Source: an uncultured Mucilaginibacter sp. (GTDB lineage: Bacteria > Bacteroidota > Bacteroidia > Sphingobacteriales > Sphingobacteriaceae). Taken from it: 64,000 nucleotides of DNA. Numbering within the stretch: the stretch's first letter is position 1; the number at the start of each line of letters is the position of its first letter. Position numbers and translations under genes: made by a program. The notes beneath the pieces are model-generated. The model was given only the letters and a program-made list of their open reading frames with translations. It made no database searches and was not told the origin of the DNA. Of the stretch, positions 29,134 to 40,032 are shown in pieces. The stretch covers positions 95,084 through 159,083 of the forward strand of contig CBIHRB010000008.1 of the NCBI GenBank assembly GCA_966212355.1, in the 5' to 3' direction.

Positions 29134-30420
29134 ATGAAAAGAGACAAACTGATATTTAAGCTATTGGATGAAGAGCAGCAACGCCAGGAAGAAGGCATTG
29201 AGCTTATAGCATCTGAGAATTTTGTAAGCAGGCAGGTTATGGAAGCTGCAGGTTCTGTTGCAACCAACAAGTATGCCGAAGGTTTACCGGGCAAACGCTA
29301 TTACGGCGGCTGCCAGGTGGTTGACGAAATTGAAACCATAGCTATCGAGCGCGCCAAGCAATTGTTTAACGCCGAGTGGGTTAACGTACAACCACATTCT
29401 GGTGCGCAGGCAAACGCCGCAGTTATGCTTGCCGTATTGCAGCCGGGCGATAAAATATTAGGCTTCGATCTTTCACATGGTGGTCACTTAACACACGGTT
29501 CGCCTGTTAACTTTTCGGGCAAATTGTATGAGCCTCATTTTTATGGGGTTAAAAAAGAAACCGGCCTGGTTGATTATGATCAGCTTAAAGAGGTGGCCCT
29601 GCGCGAAAAACCGAAACTAATCATTGCAGGCGCTTCGGCCTACTCACGCGATTGGGATTATGAGTTCATCCGCAAGGTAGCTGATGAGGTTGGTGCTTTG
29701 GTACTGGCTGATATTTCGCACCCGGCAGGTTTAATTGCCCGCGGTTTATTGACCGATCCGCTGCCGCATTGCCATATTGTTACTACCACTACCCACAAAA
29801 CTTTACGCGGTCCGCGTGGTGGTTTAATCATGATGGGTAAAGATTTTGAAAATCCATTCGGTATCAAAACTCCAAAAGGTGAAATCAGGATGATGTCGTC
29901 ATTATTGGATATGGCCGTATTCCCGGGTACGCAGGGTGGTCCGTTGGAGCATATCATTGCCGCCAAAGCAGTTGCTTTTGGTGAGGCTTTGAGCGAAAAC
30001 TATATGAAATACATTGTGCAGGTTAAGAAGAATGCCGACGCTATGGCCGAAGCATTTGTGAAACTGGGCTACCAGATCATATCCGGCGGTACCGATAACC
30101 ACTTAATGCTGATCGATCTTCGTAATAAAAATATTACAGGCAAAGCTGCCGAAAATGCTTTGGTAACTGCCGATATCACTGTGAATAAAAACATGGTGCC
30201 CTATGATGATAAATCGCCATTTGTAACTTCAGGCATCCGTGTAGGTACTGCGGCTATTACTACCCGCGGAATGAAGGAAAAACATATGGAGCATATTGTT
30301 GAATTGATAGATGCTGTAATTTCTGATCCTGAAAATGAACATTCTATCAGGAAAATTCGTAAAAGGGTTCACAAGTTAATGTACGACTTCCCGTTGTACA
30401 GAGATAAGGATTCGGAATAA
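29134..30420 (+). CDS. glyA: Serine hydroxymethyltransferase
   Basis: [20 protein letters not shown] and [14 protein letters not shown] motifs. Confidence 0.98.
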   Translation: MKRDKLIFKLLDEEQQRQEEGIELIASENFVSRQVMEAAGSVATNKYAEGLPGKRYYGGCQVVDEIETIAIERAKQLFNAEWVNVQPHSGAQANAAVMLAVLQPGDKILGFDLSHGGHLTHGSPVNFSGKLYEPHFYGVKKETGLVDYDQLKEVALREKPKLIIAGASAYSRDWDYEFIRKVADEVGALVLADISHPAGLIARGLLTDPLPHCHIVTTTTHKTLRGPRGGLIMMGKDFENPFGIKTPKGEIRMMSSLLDMAVFPGTQGGPLEHIIAAKAVAFGEALSENYMKYIVQVKKNADAMAEAFVKLGYQIISGGTDNHLMLIDLRNKNITGKAAENALVTADITVNKNMVPYDDKSPFVTSGIRVGTAAITTRGMKEKHMEHIVELIDAVISDPENEHSIRKIRKRVHKLMYDFPLYRDKDSE

Positions 30421-30422
30421 AA

Positions 30423-33400
30423 ATGACACCAAGGCAGGAAGATCCATCAAACGTAGAAAATAAGCGTTTAGCTGCGCTTAAATCATACAATGTTTTGGAT
30501 ACCATGCCCGAAAAGGAGTACGACGCCATTACGCGCTTAGCCTCCTACATATGCCAGGTACCGGCAGCGCTGATATCGCTGCTTGATGCCGAAAGGCAAT
30601 GGTTTAAATCAACATACGGCGTCGACGTGGGGGAAACACCCCGCGCCGACGCTTTTTGCAACCGCACTATCCAATCCGACGCGCTTCTTGAAATAGCCGA
30701 TTCAAAGGAGGACGAGGAATTTAAGGATAACCCTATAGCCAATGAAATGGGCGTACGCTTTTATGCCGGGGCCCCATTGATTGATCCGGACGGCCACAGG
30801 CTTGGGTCATTATGCGTGATTGATACAAAGCCGCGTAAGCTCACAGCCGAACAGCGTGATGCGCTCCGTACGCTGGCCGATGAGGTAATGTCGCACCTGC
30901 TGCTCCGGAAACAGAAGCTTGAACTGGAGCAAAACCTGAAGAGCCACCAGGAATTTCATGATCTTTTTGACAGCTCGCCCGACATCCATTGTATCATGGA
31001 CAGGGATTTTAATATTGAGCAAATTAACCGCTCTGCTAAACCGGTTTTGGGTTATTTAGCTGCTGAGGTTAAAGGCAAGCCCATCTGGAGTTTTTTTCCT
31101 GAAGAAGAACAGGCTACATTGCTGTCGGTACTGAGAAAAGGCTTGAGCAGGCAGCAACGCCATTTTGAAATAGAAGCAAATATCATAACACCATCGGGCG
31201 ATGTTAAATGCATTAGCTGGTCGGTAACTTTTAAAAGTGATAAATGGTTTGCCAGCGGGCGCGATATCAGCTATCAAAAAAAGGTAGCCGATGAGGTAGC
31301 ATTACTATCATTGGTTGCAAGTAAAGTTACCAGTGGTGTAGTGATCAGCAACGCGGCCGATGAGGTGATATGGACCAATGAAGCTTTTGAACAGATAACA
31401 GGTTACAGCCAGGCGGATGTAGAAAACCGGCGTTTGCGCGATGTACTTAAAGGCGTACCGCTGGATGCCGAAGCTGTAAAACGGCTGGATGAAGCCATCC
31501 GCAACCAGGTATCTTACGAAGTGGACCTGCTGATTGATAAAAAAGATGGTGAACCGGTATGGATCTCGGTATTTAATTCGGTGATCCGCGATAGCGCCGG
31601 GCAAACAGATAAATCTATCAGGGTTATTATAGATATAACCCAGCGTAAAAAGATAGAACAGGAGCTGGAGATCCTGTCGTTCGCGGCCCGTAAATCGCCA
31701 AGCGGCATCCTGATCCGCAGTAATACGGGCGAGGTGATCTGGATGAACGAGGCCCTGGAAAACATTATAGGTTATACCCTTGATGAAATGCGGGGCAAGA
31801 TGTTTGGTACCATGTTGCTTGGCGAAGATACCGACATCAGCGTGTTTAAAGCGGCAGTAAAAGCCGTAGAAGAAAAGCGGGGTTACGAAGTTGAAATAAA
31901 AATTTATAAAAAAGATAAAACACCAATTTGGGTATTTTTATCAAATACCCCCTTGTTTAACGAAACAGGTAGTGTTGAACGGCAGATTGCCGTAATGGTT
32001 GATATTACGGAGCGAAAGAAAACTGAAGAGCAGGTAACCATGCTTTCATTAGTGGCCAGCAGTACTGCCAGTGGCGTGGTAATTAATAACAGTGATGGTA
32101 AGGTTGAATGGGTAAATAAAGCTTTTGAGCAAATAACCGGTTATACTTTGCTTGATGTAAAAGACAATCATCTTGGTGATGTGCTGAAAGGGGAGCTTAC
32201 TGACGTATCTATTATTCAAAAGGCACGGGAGTTATCCCGCAATAAACAATCATTTGAGGTTGACCTGCTGGTTTACCGGAAAGACAGGCAGCCGTTGTGG
32301 ATCTCGGTGATCAACTCGGTGATTATTAACAGTAAGGGCGAGGTTGATAAATATATAGAGGTTATCATTGATATAACTGCTAAAAAGAAGGCCGAAATTG
32401 AACTGATCAATGCCAGGGAGGAAGCTGTGCAGTTGAGCCGCGCTAAAGATATGTTCATATCGGTAATGAGCCACGAGATCCGTACGCCGCTGAATGCCGT
32501 AATTGGTATGTCGCATTTGTTACTGGAGGATGATCCGCTTGATGGGCAAAAGGAAAACCTTAATATCCTGAAATTCTCGGCCGAAAACCTGATGACGCTC
32601 ATCAACGATGTGCTTGATTTTGCCAAGATCGAAACCGGGAATGTTGAGCTGGAGAGGGAGGGGGTTGATTTAACCGAGCTTGTTCAAAGCATAACAAGCT
32701 CCATGCAGTATAAAGCCGCCGAAAAAAATATATATATTAGCAAAAGCATTGATGAGGCTATACCCAAAGTAATTTTGGGCGACCGCACCCGGCTGATCCA
32801 GATATTACTAAACCTTGTTGGTAATGCCATTAAATTTACCGAAAAAGGTGGAGTTACCATCGATCTGCGGGTGATACAGCAATCAGAACAGGATGTGCGC
32901 ATCAGGTTTGCAGTAATTGACACCGGCATAGGCATTGCCGCAAATAAACTGGGTACTATATTTGAGCAGTTTAAGCAGGCCGAACTGGATACTACACGCA
33001 AGTTTGGCGGTACGGGCCTTGGCCTCGCTATCAGCAAGCGGTTAATTGAACTGCATGACTCGCGCATAAATGTTGACAGCGTACCAGGACAGGGATCAAC
33101 ATTTTGGTTTACCATAGGTTTTAAAAAAGGAGATTACCAGTTAAACAGAAATAGTAATAACGTGGAAGAAGGACTTAAGATAAATGTTTTAGTAGTTGAT
33201 GACAACCAGATTAACCGCCTGCTCATTAATAAGATATTAAAGAAATGGGGTGCCAGTGCTGATTTTGCCGAAAACGGCATTGAAGCTATTGAAAAGGTTG
33301 AAACCAACCGCAACTACAACGTAGTGCTGATGGATATCCACATGCCCGAAATGGGCGGTTTGGAAGCTACAGGCATTATCCGCGCTAAAACAGAAACTTA

Positions 33401-33551
33401 TTTCCAGCAGTTGCCGATCATTGCCCTTACAGCCTCTATGCTCAGCAACCAAATGGGCGAGATTAATGATGCCGGAATGAATGACTACATTCTTAAACCC
33501 TTTGACCCGAGGGTGCTTTATGATAAACTAAGCAGGTATCAGCAGCAGTAG
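30423..33551 (+). CDS. Cytoplasmic hybrid histidine kinase (GAF-PAS x4-HisKA-HATPase-REC)
   Basis: GAF (FYAGAPL), repeated PAS/PAC, SHEIRTPLN, NAIKFT, GGTGLGL and receiver VLMDIHMP. Confidence 0.92.
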   Translation: MTPRQEDPSNVENKRLAALKSYNVLDTMPEKEYDAITRLASYICQVPAALISLLDAERQWFKSTYGVDVGETPRADAFCNRTIQSDALLEIADSKEDEEFKDNPIANEMGVRFYAGAPLIDPDGHRLGSLCVIDTKPRKLTAEQRDALRTLADEVMSHLLLRKQKLELEQNLKSHQEFHDLFDSSPDIHCIMDRDFNIEQINRSAKPVLGYLAAEVKGKPIWSFFPEEEQATLLSVLRKGLSRQQRHFEIEANIITPSGDVKCISWSVTFKSDKWFASGRDISYQKKVADEVALLSLVASKVTSGVVISNAADEVIWTNEAFEQITGYSQADVENRRLRDVLKGVPLDAEAVKRLDEAIRNQVSYEVDLLIDKKDGEPVWISVFNSVIRDSAGQTDKSIRVIIDITQRKKIEQELEILSFAARKSPSGILIRSNTGEVIWMNEALENIIGYTLDEMRGKMFGTMLLGEDTDISVFKAAVKAVEEKRGYEVEIKIYKKDKTPIWVFLSNTPLFNETGSVERQIAVMVDITERKKTEEQVTMLSLVASSTASGVVINNSDGKVEWVNKAFEQITGYTLLDVKDNHLGDVLKGELTDVSIIQKARELSRNKQSFEVDLLVYRKDRQPLWISVINSVIINSKGEVDKYIEVIIDITAKKKAEIELINAREEAVQLSRAKDMFISVMSHEIRTPLNAVIGMSHLLLEDDPLDGQKENLNILKFSAENLMTLINDVLDFAKIETGNVELEREGVDLTELVQSITSSMQYKAAEKNIYISKSIDEAIPKVILGDRTRLIQILLNLVGNAIKFTEKGGVTIDLRVIQQSEQDVRIRFAVIDTGIGIAANKLGTIFEQFKQAELDTTRKFGGTGLGLAISKRLIELHDSRINVDSVPGQGSTFWFTIGFKKGDYQLNRNSNNVEEGLKINVLVVDDNQINRLLINKILKKWGASADFAENGIEAIEKVETNRNYNVVLMDIHMPEMGGLEATGIIRAKTETYFQQLPIIALTASMLSNQMGEINDAGMNDYILKPFDPRVLYDKLSRYQQQ

Positions 33552-33644
33552 CCCCACCCAACCCTCCCCGGAAGGGAGGGCTTTGAAAAGAAAGATTCAG
33601 GTCAAAAAGAAAGTCTCCCCTTCCGGGGGAGATTTAGAGGGGGC
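33551..33644. repeat. GC-rich palindromic repeat (family A), intergenic copy
   Basis: CCCCACCCAACCCTCCCCGGAAGGGAGGGCT...AAGTCTCCCCTTCCGGGGGAGATTTAGAGGGGGC; near-identical at 50829-50911 and 63601-63671. Confidence 0.9.
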
Positions 33645-33647
33645 CTC

Positions 33648-34346
33648 CTACACCGCATAAGCTATAGCCGCTATACTCAACTTCAACCCCGGCACTTTTA
33701 ATAACTCAGCCCCGCAGGCTTCAAGCGTTGAGCCGGTAGTCACTATATCATCAACTAATAAAACGTGTTTACCTTCAAGTGCAGCCGGATCTTTAACCGC
33801 GAACACATGCTGCATATTTTCAAACCGGGCAAAGCGCGACCGTTGGGTTTGCGTTTTGGTGGCAACCGTACGTACAAGGCTGTGCTCATCAACAACCGCC
33901 TTTAATTTTTCGGCAAGGCCATAGGCAAAGCAGGCACTTTGGTTATAGCCGCGTTCGCGCAGGCGGCGTTTATGGAGCGGCACCGGAATAATTACATCTG
34001 CCGTATTAAAAATATCATTTGCGGCCAGCTGTGCCCCTGCTACGGCGCCAAGCAGATTACCGATCTGGGGCATGCCTTTGTATTTAAAATGGTGCATCAG
34101 GTTTTGGATCTTTCCTCCTTTATGAAAATAATAGAGCGCGTAGGCGGCTTCAACATTAATTTTACCCCAAAATTGCTGGGCTACAATATTAGCAGGCTGC
34201 TGATGAAAATTGGTAAAGGGTAAATTAAAGCGGCAATCGCTGCAAATGATATGCTCACCTGCTACCAAGCTTGCCTGGCAGGCCGGGCAAAGCTCCGGGA
34301 ACAGCAGGGCGGCAAAATCTGAAAGATAGGCACGCAGTAATTTCAT
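33648..34346 (-). CDS. comF: ComF family phosphoribosyltransferase-like protein
   Basis: N-terminal double CxxC, PVPLH..R.RERGYNQS and LLVDDIVTTGST motifs. Confidence 0.9.
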   Translation of the reverse strand: MKLLRAYLSDFAALLFPELCPACQASLVAGEHIICSDCRFNLPFTNFHQQPANIVAQQFWGKINVEAAYALYYFHKGGKIQNLMHHFKYKGMPQIGNLLGAVAGAQLAANDIFNTADVIIPVPLHKRRLRERGYNQSACFAYGLAEKLKAVVDEHSLVRTVATKTQTQRSRFARFENMQHVFAVKDPAALEGKHVLLVDDIVTTGSTLEACGAELLKVPGLKLSIAAIAYAV

Positions 34347-34369
34347 GCCCTCAATTTAATACGGATTTT

Positions 34370-35437
34370 TTAAACTTCGGCCAGTTTATCTTTTTCTTTG
34401 ATGGCAAGCTGCCCACAGGCGGCGTCAATATCCTTGCCGCGGCTGCGGCGGAGGTGCGTGTTAATACCTTGTTTGGTGAGGTAATCGGCAAATGCTTCAA
34501 CTTTATCTTCGCCGGCATTGATGTAGCTGGCAAAAGCAATAGGATTGTATTCAATGATGTTGACCTTGCAGGGCAGGTGTTTGCAAAATTTAGCCAGCTC
34601 CATAGCGTCCTGGATACCATCATTCACACCATCAAAAATAATGTACTCGTAGGTCACCGGGTTTTTGGTTTTGGCGTAGTAATATTTTAACGCCTCGGCC
34701 AGGGCTTTTAACGAGTTTTGCTCGTTAATGGGCATAATAGTATTACGCTTTTCGTCGTTTGCCGCGTGCAGGGAGAGGGCAAGGTTAAATTTCACCTGGT
34801 CGTCGCCCAGTTTTTTGATCATTTTGGCAATGCCGGCTGTTGATACGGTAATGCGTTTGGCAGCCATATTAAGCCCATCCTCGGAGGTAATGCGCTCTAT
34901 CGACTTCATCATGTTGGCATAGTTAAGCAATGGCTCGCCCATGCCCATGTAAACAATGTTTGATAAAGGCTGATTGTAGTTTTCGCGGGCCTGTTGATCA
35001 ATTAAAACTACCTGGTCGTAAATTTCATCGGGGTTGAGGTTCCTTTTACGCTCCATATAACCGGTGGCACAAAATTTACAGGTAAGGCTGCAACCCACCT
35101 GCGATGATACACAGGCCGTCATACGGCCGGGGGTTGGAATTAAAACGCCCTCAATTAAGTGGTTATCATGTAAAATAAAAGAATTTTTTATAGTTTTATC
35201 AGCACTAATCTGTGAAGAATTAATTTTTACATTATTAATTACAAAATTTGCATCCAGTTTAGCACGGAGTTCTTTTGAAATATTGCTCATCTCGTTGAAA
35301 GAAAAGCAAGATTTTTTCCAAAGCCATTCATACACCTGTTTTGCCCTGAAGCCTTTTTCATCCATACGGATGAAATGCTCCTGTAAAGCATTCAGGCTCA
35401 GGCTACGGATGTCAATTTTATCTTTTGTATTGTTCAC
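34370..35437 (-). CDS. rlmN: 23S rRNA (adenine-C2)-methyltransferase, radical SAM
   Basis: CVSSQVGCSLTCKFCATG, MGMGEPLLN and RGKDIDAACGQL motifs. Confidence 0.97.
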   Translation of the reverse strand: MNNTKDKIDIRSLSLNALQEHFIRMDEKGFRAKQVYEWLWKKSCFSFNEMSNISKELRAKLDANFVINNVKINSSQISADKTIKNSFILHDNHLIEGVLIPTPGRMTACVSSQVGCSLTCKFCATGYMERKRNLNPDEIYDQVVLIDQQARENYNQPLSNIVYMGMGEPLLNYANMMKSIERITSEDGLNMAAKRITVSTAGIAKMIKKLGDDQVKFNLALSLHAANDEKRNTIMPINEQNSLKALAEALKYYYAKTKNPVTYEYIIFDGVNDGIQDAMELAKFCKHLPCKVNIIEYNPIAFASYINAGEDKVEAFADYLTKQGINTHLRRSRGKDIDAACGQLAIKEKDKLAEV

Positions 35438-35592
35438 AGTGCAAAAGTACTTAAATTTAAAAAAATCTATCTTTTTTTAAAGTCATTCTTTTTGGCTAAT
35501 AAAAAACAATAACTAAAAGTTAATTGTACTTATTTTGCAGGACAGATTGTTTTGAAAAACGTTATGTGTTACGATACTAAGTTTAAATTTTA

Positions 35593-36762
35593 ATGAAAAG
35601 TTTTAGAGCCGATTACGTTTTTCCTGTTTATGCCGATCCGATTAAAAATGGAATAGTTACTGTTGATGATCAGGGGAAGATCATAGCTGTTACCGATAAT
35701 ACCAAGTCCCCTGGCGGGCAAATACAGCAGGTAAACGGTGTTATTTGCCCCGGATTTATCAATACGCATTGCCATACCGAACTTTCTCATTTAAAAGATA
35801 AAGTAAAGCCCAAAGGCGGCCTGGTGAATTTTATAAAAGACGTTCAATCCTTACGCAATACCGATCAGCAGGAGGTTCTTGATGCCATAGCTAAAGCCGA
35901 TCAGGAGATGTATGATAACGGTATTGTAGCCGTTGGCGATATCTCCAACACTAATAACAGTGTTGCGATGAAAAAACAAAGCAAGTTATACTATCATACC
36001 TTTGTTGAAACTTTTGGTTTTTTGCCCGAAAAGGCTACAGAAGTTTTTGAAAAAGCGCTGGCGCTGCTCAATGAATTTAAGCCCGGCTCGTGTTCGATAA
36101 CCCCGCATGCACCCTATTCGGTATCAAAGGAGTTATTTAAGCTGATTAAAAAGCACAGCGATACCGATGATGAAAACCTGCTCAGTATCCATAACCAGGA
36201 ATGTGAGGACGAGAACAAATTTTACCGGTATAAACTTGGCGCTTTTTTAGAGTTATACGAGCATTTTGGTATGGATATCTCCTATTTCAAGCCACAGGCG
36301 CGTAACTCGGTACAATCTATTATCCCGCTGCTCTCTAACAAGCAAAAGGTTTTGCTGGTACATAATACCTGTACCAACCTGAAGGATATTTACTTCATCA
36401 AACGGTTCGACCGAAAGATAAACTGGTGTTTTTGCCCTAATGCAAACCTTTATATTGAGGGGCGTTTACCTAAAATTGATCTTTTTGTTGACCAAGGTTT
36501 TAATATTACCCTGGGTACCGATAGCCTTGCATCAAACAGCAAATTATGTTTATTAAGCGAGATGCGTGCTATTCAGCAAAAGTTCCCTTCCATAAGCTTA
36601 CCGCGCCTGGTTGAATGGGGGACCCGTAATGGAGCCGAATACCTGGGTATCGACGATGAAAAGGGTACGCTTGAAGCAGGCAAAACCCCGGGCCTGAACC
36701 TGATCAGCGGCCTTGATGGGTTTAAGATCACCCCCGAAACCAAAGTAAAGAAACTGATATAA
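35593..36762 (+). CDS. Amidohydrolase family metal-dependent hydrolase
   Basis: PGFINTHCHTE, PHAPYS and LGTDSLASN motifs. Confidence 0.85.
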   Translation: MKSFRADYVFPVYADPIKNGIVTVDDQGKIIAVTDNTKSPGGQIQQVNGVICPGFINTHCHTELSHLKDKVKPKGGLVNFIKDVQSLRNTDQQEVLDAIAKADQEMYDNGIVAVGDISNTNNSVAMKKQSKLYYHTFVETFGFLPEKATEVFEKALALLNEFKPGSCSITPHAPYSVSKELFKLIKKHSDTDDENLLSIHNQECEDENKFYRYKLGAFLELYEHFGMDISYFKPQARNSVQSIIPLLSNKQKVLLVHNTCTNLKDIYFIKRFDRKINWCFCPNANLYIEGRLPKIDLFVDQGFNITLGTDSLASNSKLCLLSEMRAIQQKFPSISLPRLVEWGTRNGAEYLGIDDEKGTLEAGKTPGLNLISGLDGFKITPETKVKKLI

Positions 36763-36785
36763 TTGGCACTAATTTTCACGAATCA

Positions 36786-36833
36786 AATCGAATTACACGA
36801 ATAAAGTCAAGAGAACATTCGTGTAATTCGATT
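36786..36833. repeat. REP-like perfect 17-bp inverted repeat (family J)
   Basis: AATCGAATTACACGAAT / ATTCGTGTAATTCGATT; degenerate extra copy at 36767-36783. Confidence 0.75.
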
Positions 36834-36870
36834 AAATTATAAGCAATCTATGCAAGGATTCGTGCAGATA

Positions 36871-37392
36871 TCATCCTTTACTCACCGGCACAACCAAATG
36901 TATGGTAACTTCGGGCGGTGTGCCACTTCTGTCAATACCATATTTGGGAGGTTGTACTTTAAAGTCGCCTTTAAACACACCCTCGCTGCCTTTTTCATCA
37001 AACGTAAAATGGATGGCTTCGGGATTGGTTTTGCCTTTCATGGTTAGCTTTCCGCTGGCTACGTAGCCGTTACCGCTTTTTGATACCGAGGTTGATTCAA
37101 ATTTAATGGTTGGATAATCGTCGGCGCCCAGGGCCGATTTTACGTGGCTGGTTTTAATAAAGAAACCGGTTGCCGCGGTTGTAACATCGATAGTTGCCGA
37201 AATTTTAGCTTGTTCGGGATGGTCTTTATCAAATGTTATATCGGCTTTTAAACCGCTGAATGAACCGCTTACCCTGTGGCCTTCAAAAGTTACCTGGGCT
37301 TCATCGCCTTTCACTTTCCAGTTGCCCAAAATAGCGAATGCCGAAAAGGCTGTAAAAGCAATGATCAGGGCAGAAAAAATAATTTTTTTCAT
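36871..37392 (-). CDS. YceI family protein
   Basis: Signal peptide, YPTIKFES and GKLTMKG motifs; ATG 37392 (MKKIIFS) preferred. Confidence 0.85.
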   Translation of the reverse strand: MKKIIFSALIIAFTAFSAFAILGNWKVKGDEAQVTFEGHRVSGSFSGLKADITFDKDHPEQAKISATIDVTTAATGFFIKTSHVKSALGADDYPTIKFESTSVSKSGNGYVASGKLTMKGKTNPEAIHFTFDEKGSEGVFKGDFKVQPPKYGIDRSGTPPEVTIHLVVPVSKG

Positions 37393-37623
37393 AAAATAGA
37401 TTTTTAGAGTTATATCAATCAAAATAAAATGTAATGCGTTTTGTAGTAATTACGCTTGTTAAGTAAAACAGGTTGCTTAGCCGGAAAAAAGTTAACTTTG
37501 CGGTGTTTTATAGAACCTGTTGATTGTTTCATACAATCCGGTTAAACAATATCAATAATCAGGCTATCAGCTTTAGGCTTTGTGCATTTCGCTTTCAGCT
37601 TTATTTAATACCCGATACAACTG

Positions 37624-37905
37624 ATGATAAAACATCTTAATATTACAGTTAAAGGCAAGGTGCAGGGCGTTTTTTTTCGTAAATCAACCAAAGCGGTTGC
37701 GGATCAGCTCGGTGTACGCGGTTTTGTATTGAATGAGCCCAACGGTGATGTGTACATCGAAGCCGAGGCTGATGACACATTTCTTGATATGTTTCTTGAA
37801 TGGTGTAACGAGGGACCTCAGGATGCCGAGGTAAATGCCGTTGAAAGCCATGAAGACGAATTGAAAAACTATCGTAATTTTGAGGTTGTTAAAAGGCGTT
37901 TGTAA
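37624..37905 (+). CDS. acyP: Acylphosphatase
   Basis: GKVQGVFFR and GFVLNEPNGDV motifs. Confidence 0.95.
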   Translation: MIKHLNITVKGKVQGVFFRKSTKAVADQLGVRGFVLNEPNGDVYIEAEADDTFLDMFLEWCNEGPQDAEVNAVESHEDELKNYRNFEVVKRRL

Positions 37906-37938
37906 TTAAACACAAACTCATTAAATCGAATATCTCCA

Positions 37939-39459
37939 TTGTCTACTATAAAAAAATTCGCCGGGCAAACTGCTATATATGGTCTGAGTACTATCATTTC
38001 CCGGATGATCTACTTTGTTTTAACGCCAATTTACACCCGTACCCTGCCGGTAAATGCTAACGGCGTTTTTACATCAGTATATGGAAGTGCTTCTATCATT
38101 AACGCCATTTTGGCTTTTGGTATGGAAACTACCTATTTCAGGTATCTGCAAAAACGTTCGGATAACAAACAGCAGGTTTATAATAATGCGTTTGGTGTTG
38201 TTATAATGGTATCAGTAATATTCCTTGTTTTTTGTGTACTGTTTTTAAATCCTATTGTCAATTACATGCAGGCCGGCGTCACTAAAGATCATGCCGACTA
38301 TACTTTTTACGTAAAGTGCTTCCTTGTAATTTTAGTGCTTGATGCTTTTTGCGTAATCCCTTTTGCCCGCATCAGGGCAGAAGGCCGCCCGATAAAATAC
38401 GCCATTATCAAATGCTCAAACATCGGCCTTGTGATGATGCTCAATTTGTTTTTTCTGTTCGGCGTTCCGTTTATAATAAATCATCATTTGCCGGCCGGAG
38501 CGTGGATGGCAGGTTGGTACAGGCCCAATTGGGTAGGATATGTATTTTTAGCTAACGCAATAGCAAGCGGGCTTACCATACTATTGTTATTGCCCGAGAT
38601 ATTGCAAATGAAGCTGAAGTTTGACAGTGCCATGTTAAGCGAAATGTTTGCATACAGCTGGCCTATATTGATAGCCAATATATCATTCATCATCAATGAG
38701 TCATTAGATAAGGTGATGCTCAAGCAAATGCTGCCCCAAAGTATCGCCGATACGCATGTGGGCATTTATGGCACCTGCGCCAAGATTGCATTATTCCTGA
38801 GTATTTTTGTGCAGGCCTTCAGGTTAGGTGCCGAACCGTTTTTCTTCAGCCATGCAAAAAACAAAAACTCGGGCGAAACTTATGCCCGCATCATGACCTA
38901 CTTTGTAATTATGGTGGCCGTTATATGTGTAGCACTTATTGCCAATGTTGATATACTGGCTACTGTTATAGTAGGAAAGGAAACGCATGAGGTGAAACAT
39001 CATATAGTTTACAATCCATTTTGGCAGGGCCTTGGCGTTGTACCGCCTTTATTGTTCGGTTATCTGAGCCTTGGTATTTATATGAATCTTTCGGTGTGGT
39101 ATAAATTGTCTGACCAAACCAGGTATGGCTTATATATATCTGGGATAGGAGCGGTATTAACCGTTATTTTAAACTGGCTGCTCATTCCTAAATACAGCTA
39201 TATGGCTTCGGCGTGGATCTCGTTCGCGGCTTATGCTACCATGATGGTACTCTCGTACCTGTGGGGGCAAAAAAATTACCCCATCCCGTATAACCTAAAA
39301 AAGAACCTTGCGTATATAATTGTCTCGGTATTGTTTGTTTTTCTGTCGTTCACGGTATTTAAACGTAATATTTTTGTTGGTAACGGGCTTTTACTTTTAT
39401 TTGCGGCCGGGGCGTATTACTTTGAACGCAAGGAGTTAAAAGCTATATTTAAACGATGA
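37939..39459 (+). CDS. Oligosaccharide flippase / polysaccharide biosynthesis protein (Wzx-like)
   Basis: About 13-14 TM; [20 protein letters not shown] and [11 protein letters not shown] motifs. Confidence 0.8.
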   Translation: MSTIKKFAGQTAIYGLSTIISRMIYFVLTPIYTRTLPVNANGVFTSVYGSASIINAILAFGMETTYFRYLQKRSDNKQQVYNNAFGVVIMVSVIFLVFCVLFLNPIVNYMQAGVTKDHADYTFYVKCFLVILVLDAFCVIPFARIRAEGRPIKYAIIKCSNIGLVMMLNLFFLFGVPFIINHHLPAGAWMAGWYRPNWVGYVFLANAIASGLTILLLLPEILQMKLKFDSAMLSEMFAYSWPILIANISFIINESLDKVMLKQMLPQSIADTHVGIYGTCAKIALFLSIFVQAFRLGAEPFFFSHAKNKNSGETYARIMTYFVIMVAVICVALIANVDILATVIVGKETHEVKHHIVYNPFWQGLGVVPPLLFGYLSLGIYMNLSVWYKLSDQTRYGLYISGIGAVLTVILNWLLIPKYSYMASAWISFAAYATMMVLSYLWGQKNYPIPYNLKKNLAYIIVSVLFVFLSFTVFKRNIFVGNGLLLLFAAGAYYFERKELKAIFKR

Positions 39460-39887
39460 TCATCCGCATAATTAACAAATCAAAAAATAGTTTACCGGCT
39501 TATGAAACTGCTCATGCGGCAGGCATGGATCTGCGTGCCGATGTAGAAACAACGGTAGTGCTTAAACCAATGGAACGTAAACTTATTCCAACAGGTTTAT
39601 ATATTGAATTGCCCGAGGGTTTCGAAGCGCAGATCCGCCCGCGAAGCGGCCTGGCATTTAAGCATGGTATTGGCATTGTTAACTCGCCGGGTACCATTGA
39701 TGCCGATTATCGCGGAGAGATCAAAGTATTGCTCATCAATTTCTCGACAGAGGATTTTGAGATCAATACCGGCGACAGGATAGCCCAGATGGTAGTCGCC
39801 AAACACGAGCGTGTTAACTGGGAGCAGGTAGAAGTACTGAACGAAACCCAAAGGGGTGAAGGCGGCTACGGGCATACAGGGAGGTAA
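39456..39887 (+). CDS. dut: dUTP diphosphatase
   Basis: [22 protein letters not shown] and [10 protein letters not shown] motifs. Confidence 0.97.
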   Translation: MIIRIINKSKNSLPAYETAHAAGMDLRADVETTVVLKPMERKLIPTGLYIELPEGFEAQIRPRSGLAFKHGIGIVNSPGTIDADYRGEIKVLLINFSTEDFEINTGDRIAQMVVAKHERVNWEQVEVLNETQRGEGGYGHTGR

Positions 39888-39889
39888 TT

Positions 39890-40032
39890 AGAGTCAGGAC
39901 TATAAGAGTCAGGAAGCAAGAAGAATGAAGATTGGTAAAAGCAATATTAAATTAGAAAGTACGCGGAAAACACACCTGTTTTCTGCGCCTTTTCTTGCGT
40001 CTTTATTCTTGCCTCTTGCCATCTTGCCTCTA
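39890..40032. repeat. Heptamer arrays (family F): AGAGTCAGGA/AGCAAGA left, TCTTGCC right; right arm is coding
   Basis: Left 39890-39923; right 39993-40032 (TCTTGCG TCTTTAT TCTTGCC TCTTGCC A TCTTGCC). Confidence 0.6.
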
